Source: a virus | Lineage: Duplodnaviria; Caudoviricetes | Direction: 5' to 3' (one strand) | IMG/VR virus record: IMGVR_UViG_3300037400_004297 | Coordinates: 12,591 to 76,590 of that record | DNA: 64,000 bases | In this document: piece by piece, positions 58,267 through 64,000 of the stretch | Position numbering within the stretch: the first letter of the stretch is position 1 | How the letters are laid out: each line of letters opens with the position of its first letter | Notes under the pieces: generated by a model | Databases searched by the model: none | Seen by the model: the letters and a program-made list of their open reading frames with translations, nothing else | Told to the model about the DNA's origin: nothing | Translations under genes and position numbers: made by a program

Positions 58267-59361
58267 ATGGAAAATCTGTTTAAAGACGCATATTTCGGCA
58301 AATCATTCATGATGATAGGAGATAGTTTACCCTATTGTCTTGGTTGCTCGTATTGTAGAGCAAATGATGGTGATGAGAAACATTATGGATTAATTCCAAC
58401 GGAGATTAATCCAAAGTTCAAGAACATACCAGTAGCTGTTAATTTGTTTTATGGAGACCCCATGATACAAATTGACAATACTTTGTCGTATCTAGATAGG
58501 TTAGAGAAGGCAGGGCATACAGGACCAGTTATAATCATCACTAAAGGTAATCTTAGGAAATTCCCTAAGGACAGGAAATACAACCTTGACCTTCACTTTG
58601 GGTTATCCACGTTTGGTGTTGACACAACCCCACGTTATGATGGGGGAAGTATGGGCTGCTTCAGAGATAATCTCGAATATGCCAGGGAACTTGGGTATAA
58701 GTACTCCATAGAGTTCAGACCAATCATAAACCACATCAATGATGACTGGGAAACGATAGAAGACGTGTTTAAACTTGCTTCAGAGCATAATACTGGAATA
58801 GGCTATTGTGGATTACAGGTATCACCGATATTGAAGAAACTCATTGAGATTGAGAAACTACCCTTTATACCGTATGAAGGCTGTGGATTTGGAATGAAAA
58901 AATATCTTCCACCAAGGATAACTTCGATATTTGACATCTTGAATCAGAAGTATATAGACAGCGCCCATGCGTTCAGGAAGACATCGTGTTTAATTGCATG
59001 GAAACATGGTCTGGATAGAGACCCTAATGCACACTATTACAGACCTAATGAGGTTGGATGTAAGACATGCCCTATGTATGAGAAGTGTATGACTTATAAG
59101 AACAGCTTGAGTAAGGGTAACGATATCGACATACCATTTGATTATGAGATTGTGGAAAAAGATAAGCATGTATGTGGTTTATTCAAGCTTGGCGTGTGCA
59201 AGTTTCCAAGTTCAGATTGTATGAACATCAATGGAAAGCTGATAAAGATAAATGAGAAAATAACTACGACAGACGTTAGGCTAATCAAGTGGCTTACAGG
59301 ATATACCGTTGATGCTGAGTTTGTTGAATCACCTTTTATGAGTAAAAAATGGATAGTTTAA
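58267..59361 (+). CDS. Putative radical-SAM-like Fe-S protein with atypical CX2CX2C motif
   Basis: YCLGCSYC near the N-terminus; YGDP, IIITKG, EFRPII; extra Cys clusters in the C-terminus. Confidence 0.5.
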   Translation: MENLFKDAYFGKSFMMIGDSLPYCLGCSYCRANDGDEKHYGLIPTEINPKFKNIPVAVNLFYGDPMIQIDNTLSYLDRLEKAGHTGPVIIITKGNLRKFPKDRKYNLDLHFGLSTFGVDTTPRYDGGSMGCFRDNLEYARELGYKYSIEFRPIINHINDDWETIEDVFKLASEHNTGIGYCGLQVSPILKKLIEIEKLPFIPYEGCGFGMKKYLPPRITSIFDILNQKYIDSAHAFRKTSCLIAWKHGLDRDPNAHYYRPNEVGCKTCPMYEKCMTYKNSLSKGNDIDIPFDYEIVEKDKHVCGLFKLGVCKFPSSDCMNINGKLIKINEKITTTDVRLIKWLTGYTVDAEFVESPFMSKKWIV

Positions 59362-59540
59362 AGGTTGGTGATACAGTTACATACAAAGGCAAGGAATATT
59401 GTGTGTATAGCATATATTCTCCAGGACTTTGTGAGATAGTTAGGATAAGAGACGGTAAAATCACCAATATAAAAGGTGGAGAAGAAAGATTAAATGCCAG
59501 CATAGTTAATTTGCCAGTAAAGGAGTTAGAAAATGGATAA
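59349..59540 (+). CDS. Small hypothetical protein
   Basis: Overlapping operon ORF. Confidence 0.55.
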   Translation: MDSLKVGDTVTYKGKEYCVYSIYSPGLCEIVRIRDGKITNIKGGEERLNASIVNLPVKELENG

Positions 59541-59703
59541 ATATGTTTTAACTAGAATAGATGAACGAGGAAATGAACGTCATATATGCTGGAGTAATAA
59601 TTTGAATTCCCTTGTTGATTTAGCATACGATATTGACAATAAATGTGTAGAGAAAGGATACAAGATATATGAGCTTGTTGAAAAAAAATACGAAAGAAAA
59701 TAA
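59533..59703 (+). CDS. Small hypothetical protein (56 aa, not in ORF track)
   Basis: 8-nt overlap with the previous gene. Confidence 0.5.
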   Translation: MDKYVLTRIDERGNERHICWSNNLNSLVDLAYDIDNKCVEKGYKIYELVEKKYERK

Positions 59704-59728
59704 GTTTAACCAAAATATTTGATAAATT

Positions 59729-60202
59729 ATGGCAAAGATTTTTGAAACAGCAGCAGACATTGCTGAATTGGCGCAGGATAAGTTCGAAGACACAGGTCTT
59801 GCACAGATGGGAATTAATTTGAAGGTGCTTTCAGTTACAAAATCGAAGAATGTGTTGAAGGTATCTAAGGCTGGAGCTATACTTCACGGTTTGACTGGAA
59901 AGGATGTCATACTCGTTGTATATGAAGAGGCTTTCGATAGGTTATCGGATGAATTCAAGAACAAACTTATGGAGGGAGCTATAAGTAACATCACCTACGA
60001 CAGTGAAAAGGATAAGCTTAATGTTGATGGTGACTTTGCTAAAGAAATCTTCAGGATGCGCAGGAAATATGAGAACTATGTTGATGTAGCTGAAACATCA
60101 TATCTAGTAGTTGAAGAGATTGAAGACGAGGAAAGACGTAGGAAAGAAGAGGAAAAACTAAAGAAGGCAGAAGAGAGGGCTGCTAAGAAAAGAAATGGAT
60201 AA
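59729..60202 (+). CDS. Hypothetical protein (weak resemblance to phage metallopeptidase fold, no HExxH)
   Basis: LVVYEEAFDRLSDEFKNKLMEGAISNI where HExxH would be expected. Confidence 0.5.
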   Translation: MAKIFETAADIAELAQDKFEDTGLAQMGINLKVLSVTKSKNVLKVSKAGAILHGLTGKDVILVVYEEAFDRLSDEFKNKLMEGAISNITYDSEKDKLNVDGDFAKEIFRMRRKYENYVDVAETSYLVVEEIEDEERRRKEEEKLKKAEERAAKKRNG

Positions 60203-60238
60203 AAAACAAGCAGAACAATTCATAGATGACTACATATT

Positions 60239-60478
60239 ATGAGTAAAAGCATTTCACAAGCTAGGATAATGCGTTTGAAAGCAAAGAAACTCAGGGCTAA
60301 GGCAAAGAGGGAAATGCTGAGAGATTATCCTAAACTGATGGAAGACCCAGAACAGAAGAAAAAGATATTCGAATTGATTGACAATGCGAATGTAGCTGTT
60401 GATAGCACTGGTAACCTTCGTATAATATACGATAATATAGAAAATAATGAAAATAAAAATTTAGTTAATTTAAGCTAA
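60239..60478 (+). CDS. Small hypothetical protein
   Basis: ORF coupled to the vWA gene. Confidence 0.55.
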   Translation: MSKSISQARIMRLKAKKLRAKAKREMLRDYPKLMEDPEQKKKIFELIDNANVAVDSTGNLRIIYDNIENNENKNLVNLS

Positions 60479-61182
60479 TGGGAAGAGTTAATGTAAATTG
60501 GATTAATCTTGTGTTTGTTATTGACAAGTCTGGCAGTATGTACCCATCAAGGGATGATGTTGTTGGAGGATTCAATAGCATGATTGAAAAACAGAAGGCT
60601 AACAAGGATGGTAAGGTTACGGTATCGCTTTACACGTTCAATGAAAAGGTAAGGGAAGAGTATCTTGGCGTTGACATTAATGATATTGCAAAATTCCACT
60701 ATTCTCCAGATGGTATGACTGCCATGAATGACGGAATTGGTACTGCAATCGATAATGTTGGTAAATGGCTCTATGAAAAGGACAGAACAGACCAGGAAAT
60801 GCCTGGTAAAACGCTTGTAGTTGTTATGACTGATGGTATGGAGAATGCATCAAGGGAGTATACTTTGAAGCAGATTCAGGATAAGATTAAGGAACAGACT
60901 GACAAGTACTCTTGGGAGTTCATCTATCAGGGTAATGATATTACTACAACTAAGGCTGCTGATGACCTTGGGTTCAAGTTCAAGACCTTTAATTCAAGAG
61001 CTAAACTTAGCAAGGGTTATGATATTATCGATAGCGCTGTTAATTGCTACAGGAGTATGGCAGCAACTGGTGCATCACTTTCTGATACAACTCTTGCATT
61101 TGCAGCAACTCTGGATGAGGAGGCAACTAAGAATACCCTTGACTTCGAGGCAGAACTTGGCACTAAGCTTAGTAATGCCTAA
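60478..61182 (+). CDS. von Willebrand factor A (vWA) domain protein
   Basis: MIDAS motif FVIDKSGSM, GMTAMNDGIG, VMTDGMENAS. Confidence 0.85.
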   Translation: MGRVNVNWINLVFVIDKSGSMYPSRDDVVGGFNSMIEKQKANKDGKVTVSLYTFNEKVREEYLGVDINDIAKFHYSPDGMTAMNDGIGTAIDNVGKWLYEKDRTDQEMPGKTLVVVMTDGMENASREYTLKQIQDKIKEQTDKYSWEFIYQGNDITTTKAADDLGFKFKTFNSRAKLSKGYDIIDSAVNCYRSMAATGASLSDTTLAFAATLDEEATKNTLDFEAELGTKLSNA

Positions 61183-61188
61183 ACTAAT

Positions 61189-61216
61189 AAGGGGGCTAGC
61201 ACGTAAGTCCCCTTTT
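61189..61216 (+). terminator. Intrinsic terminator
   Basis: AAGGGGGCT...AGTCCCCTT plus T tract. Confidence 0.7.
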
Positions 61217-61229
61217 AAATTTTTTCATT

Positions 61230-61808
61230 ATGGCAGTTGTTGAAAAAACAGAAAGACCACCATCGTATATACATGATATAAATAAATATGGAGGTGGTGG
61301 TGAAAAGATTTTTTTAGCACTTGAGGGTGGTAATTTCTCAAGGAAAAAATATAGGATATTTGATGTTACAAAGGATAAACAGTATCAGTTTGTTGATGTA
61401 GATTTCGTAATATCGAAGGACGGTGCAATAGATAAATTACCAGAAATCGAGAAAGTTCTTGCATTGGATTCTTTTGAAAAGGTAGAGGTGAAGGTTGATA
61501 CAAGGGCATTAGAAACTGGTAATTTGCCTTACGAAGTGGTATCGCACGGTAGTACTGGATGGTCAGTTTTAACAAAAGCCACATATGTCTATATGATATT
61601 GTGCATAGAGGGAGGTGGAGAAACAATTGCCAAGAAAATTATGTGGATAGACATGAATAAATGGCATTCATTCGCACAAAATAGAAATACTACCAAAAAA
61701 TTGAATATAATAAAGAATGAATCAATTGTTGATTTATTGTGCAGGATAAATGACATGAGGGAATATGGTGTGATACTTTCAGAAAAAGATATTAATTTTA
61801 AAGTTTAA
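61230..61808 (+). CDS. Putative PD-(D/E)XK nuclease
   Basis: YQFVDVDFV ... VEVKVDTRALETGNLPYE, matching the D..D ... EVKxD...TGN..E pattern of phage restriction-like nucleases. Confidence 0.55.
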   Translation: MAVVEKTERPPSYIHDINKYGGGGEKIFLALEGGNFSRKKYRIFDVTKDKQYQFVDVDFVISKDGAIDKLPEIEKVLALDSFEKVEVKVDTRALETGNLPYEVVSHGSTGWSVLTKATYVYMILCIEGGGETIAKKIMWIDMNKWHSFAQNRNTTKKLNIIKNESIVDLLCRINDMREYGVILSEKDINFKV

Positions 61809-61813
61809 ATGAA

Positions 61814-62746
61814 ATGGCAGATATTGAACTACTAAATAAACTTGACAACTATGACAAATCAGTATGTTATCAATACAAAAGAAGGGTTGATACTATTGAG
61901 GAAGATAAAGAAAAATATGGATGGACAAATGAAGACCTTTCTGAGATAAAATTATCTGATTTTGTTTTTGAAAATATTACATCAGATGAAGATAAAAAAG
62001 AATGTAAGAGCTTTATAGAGAGGTATGAATGGCTAGGTTGTTTGGGATGGTATAATACTCATTATTTTACCGCCAGATATGTTGGCAATAAGAAACCAGA
62101 AGGCACTGATGAAAGGGGGCTTCTTGGTGGGGTGATAGTAATGGGCATGCCAAATGCGTTTTCTAAGATGCTTGGCGAAGAAACTAGAAATCTCGAAAGA
62201 TTGGTTAATAGGGGTGCATCTGCTTCTTGGACACCTCCTCACCTTGCTACCATGTTCCTAAATTGGTGTTGTAGGTGGATGGTTCAGAATACCCAATATA
62301 GGTTGTTCACTGCATACAGTGACCCTTCTGCTGGTGAACTTGGTACAATTTACATGGCATCTAATTGGTGGCTAGTGTCTAAGAGAGGCGGTGCTGCTAC
62401 TATGTGCATAAACCCATATGATAGAACAAAAGTAATTAGTGACAGAAGGTTTAGAGCACGTTCATTCTATCGAAGATATGCAGATGAGCTTGGAATCGAG
62501 TGGCAAGATAATTGGAAAAATGATACTAAAATGCTGTGGGAAAACATACCAGATGATATAGAGAAAAAACTAAGAGATTATAGCAAAAAGAAATATGCGG
62601 AAGCTGAAAAAATAATTGTTCCAGCAAAACTTAAATGGGCATATGTTCTTGGGAAAGACAAAAAAGAAACAAAATTTCTTAGGAGAAGATTTTTGGAACT
62701 TAACAAAATATATGACCACCCAAAAAAAGAGGATAGAGGAAAATGA
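61814..62746 (+). CDS. Mom-like (GNAT-fold) DNA adenine modification protein
   Basis: FIERYEWLG, GVIVMG, LVNRGA, FTAYSDPSAGELGTIYMASNW, similar to Mu Mom family YAD...G.IY.A.NW. Confidence 0.65.
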   Translation: MADIELLNKLDNYDKSVCYQYKRRVDTIEEDKEKYGWTNEDLSEIKLSDFVFENITSDEDKKECKSFIERYEWLGCLGWYNTHYFTARYVGNKKPEGTDERGLLGGVIVMGMPNAFSKMLGEETRNLERLVNRGASASWTPPHLATMFLNWCCRWMVQNTQYRLFTAYSDPSAGELGTIYMASNWWLVSKRGGAATMCINPYDRTKVISDRRFRARSFYRRYADELGIEWQDNWKNDTKMLWENIPDDIEKKLRDYSKKKYAEAEKIIVPAKLKWAYVLGKDKKETKFLRRRFLELNKIYDHPKKEDRGK

Positions 62747-62946
62747 GAATAACAATACCAGATAGCTATTCTAACGTAACAGAAACAAAGCAAGACCTTG
62801 CAAATATGACATGCGAAGAGGTAACTGACATGTTTATAGGTAGACCTAATACTGCTGCATCCAGAATGGAAATAGAAATGAAAATAAAGGAATGGGCTAG
62901 TCTTCACAACTATGACCCTGAAGATGTGAGAATTAAAATCGAGTAA
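62743..62946 (+). CDS. Small hypothetical protein
   Basis: ATGA overlap. Confidence 0.55.
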   Translation: MRITIPDSYSNVTETKQDLANMTCEEVTDMFIGRPNTAASRMEIEMKIKEWASLHNYDPEDVRIKIE

Positions 62947-62949
62947 TAT

Positions 62950-63477
62950 ATGGCAATAGTAATTAATTTATTCGCAGGTCCTGGTGTTGGAAAGAGCACC
63001 ACTGCTGCTCGAATATTTTCCGAGCTTAAACTGAAAGGCATAAACTGTGAAATGGCACTTGAGTTTGCAAAGGATAAAGTGTGGGAGGAATCGTTCAAGA
63101 CTATGGATGACCAGATTTATATCTTCGGAAAACAGTTTCATAAAATTTGGAGATTGAAGGATAAGGTGGATGTAATTATATGTGATTCACCATTGCCAAT
63201 TTCTATTGTTTATGACAAAGAGAATTCGCAGGCGTTTCATCAACTCATCATGGAACAATTCGATAAGTTCGAAAATTTCAATTTCTTGCTAGAAAGAGGA
63301 GGTGAATATCAGGAAAGCGGTAGGGTTCAAACTGAGGAAGAGGCAAAGGAAGTGGATAGAATTGTTAAAAGAGTGTTGGATGACAATAGGATAGATTATA
63401 CCACATTGCCTATTGATGGTGCTGCAAAGCATATTACAGGACTTATAATGAACTATTTAGAAGAGGTACAAAGATGA
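62950..63477 (+). CDS. P-loop nucleoside/nucleotide kinase-like ATPase (AAA_28/NadR-kinase-like)
   Basis: INLFAGPGVGKST, IICDSP. Confidence 0.75.
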   Translation: MAIVINLFAGPGVGKSTTAARIFSELKLKGINCEMALEFAKDKVWEESFKTMDDQIYIFGKQFHKIWRLKDKVDVIICDSPLPISIVYDKENSQAFHQLIMEQFDKFENFNFLLERGGEYQESGRVQTEEEAKEVDRIVKRVLDDNRIDYTTLPIDGAAKHITGLIMNYLEEVQR

Positions 63478-64000
63478 AAGATTTAACACAAGATTTTAGA
63501 AAATTTGCCATTAGCAACACCAATGCAAGGGCAACTGTGGTTGATGACCAAATTAAAAAGGCAAACAATCTATTAACACCTTACATTCTTGAGGAAAGAC
63601 AACTCAATGTTGCAGCGTTTGACGTATTCTCAAGACTTATGTATGATAGAATAGTGTATTTCACAGGAGTAGTTAATGATGATACATGTAACACAGCGAT
63701 TGCACAGTTGCTTTATCTTGCTTCTGTTGATGAGAGAGACATCAGCATGTATATAAATTCACCTGGTGGCTCTGTTGTTGATGGACTTGGACTAGTTGAT
63801 ACGATGAATTACATTAATTGTGATATTTCTACACTGTGTGTCGGAATGGCTGCATCTATGGGTTCTGTTCTTCTTAGCAATGGTGCGAAGGGTAAGAGAT
63901 TTGTATTGCCACACAGTAGAGTCATGATACACCAGGTAAGTAGTGGAGCGCAGGGAGTATTGAAAGACCTTGAAATAGAACTTGAGCAAACTAGAAGATG
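63474..64000 (+). CDS. clpP: ATP-dependent Clp protease proteolytic subunit (partial, runs off the window; absent from ORF track)
   Basis: DVFSRLMYDRIV, YINSPGGSV, GMAASMGS (catalytic Ser), RVMIHQ (catalytic His). Confidence 0.92.
   Translation, partial: MKDLTQDFRKFAISNTNARATVVDDQIKKANNLLTPYILEERQLNVAAFDVFSRLMYDRIVYFTGVVNDDTCNTAIAQLLYLASVDERDISMYINSPGGSVVDGLGLVDTMNYINCDISTLCVGMAASMGSVLLSNGAKGKRFVLPHSRVMIHQVSSGAQGVLKDLEIELEQTRR

Noticed and set aside
59729-60202. Active phage metallopeptidase
   Set aside because: The expected HExxH motif is replaced by MEGAISN, and the resemblance is too weak to call
179-63989. Numerous short alternative-frame and antisense ORFs in the track (e.g. 179-448, 1278-1586, 3384-3704, 7169-7510, 18355-18663, 52232-52600, 63792-63989)
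   Set aside because: They lie within or opposite well-supported genes, lack motifs and have no plausible promoters, so they are treated as shadow ORFs
1-64000. Stop-codon reassignment (TAG to Gln as in Lak megaphages, or TGA recoding)
   Set aside because: Multi-kb ORFs are uninterrupted in code 11, TAG ends gp6-like (9929) and SbcC (47473) at expected C-termini, and TGA ends many genes in ATGA overlaps. Only one suspicious internal TGA (41235) was found.
1-64000. tRNA, rRNA or other structured ncRNA genes
   Set aside because: Intergenic gaps are short and explained by terminators and promoters; no cloverleaf or T-loop (GTTCGA) context was recognised by eye. A tRNAscan/Infernal run would be needed to exclude them fully.

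Overview
64 kb of a jumbo myovirus-type phage genome, most likely infecting Bacteroidota (Prevotella-like; inferred from TTTG-N19-20-TAnnTTTG promoters, SD-less AT-rich starts, a T9SS C-terminal signal and a Bacteroidota-type TonB receptor). It uses the standard genetic code: TAG and TGA both end genes at expected positions. Layout: (1) 1-7.4 kb accessory block with a short CRISPR-like repeat tract, a TonB-dependent receptor / NadR / PnuC cassette, a T9SS-tagged C10 cysteine protease, a radical SAM enzyme and a six-Cys Gly-rich peptide. (2) 7.5-34 kb baseplate/tail operon (gp25-like, gp6/J-like, then several 900-2350 aa proteins) interrupted by a homing-endonuclease-like gene. (3) 34-49 kb replication/recombination and lysis genes: SbcD, amidase, primase, glycosyltransferase, RuvC-like, SbcC, GIY-YIG nuclease and a sigma-70 factor. 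(4) 49-57 kb small putative head-internal proteins sharing an 'IRLTESDL' leader, a T4-T-like holin candidate, a spanin-like protein and RmlC. (5) 58-64 kb Fe-S protein, vWA, a PD-(D/E)XK nuclease next to a Mom-like DNA modifier, a kinase and ClpP (truncated by the window end). No tRNA or rRNA was seen. All annotations are by motif recognition only; no database searches were run.
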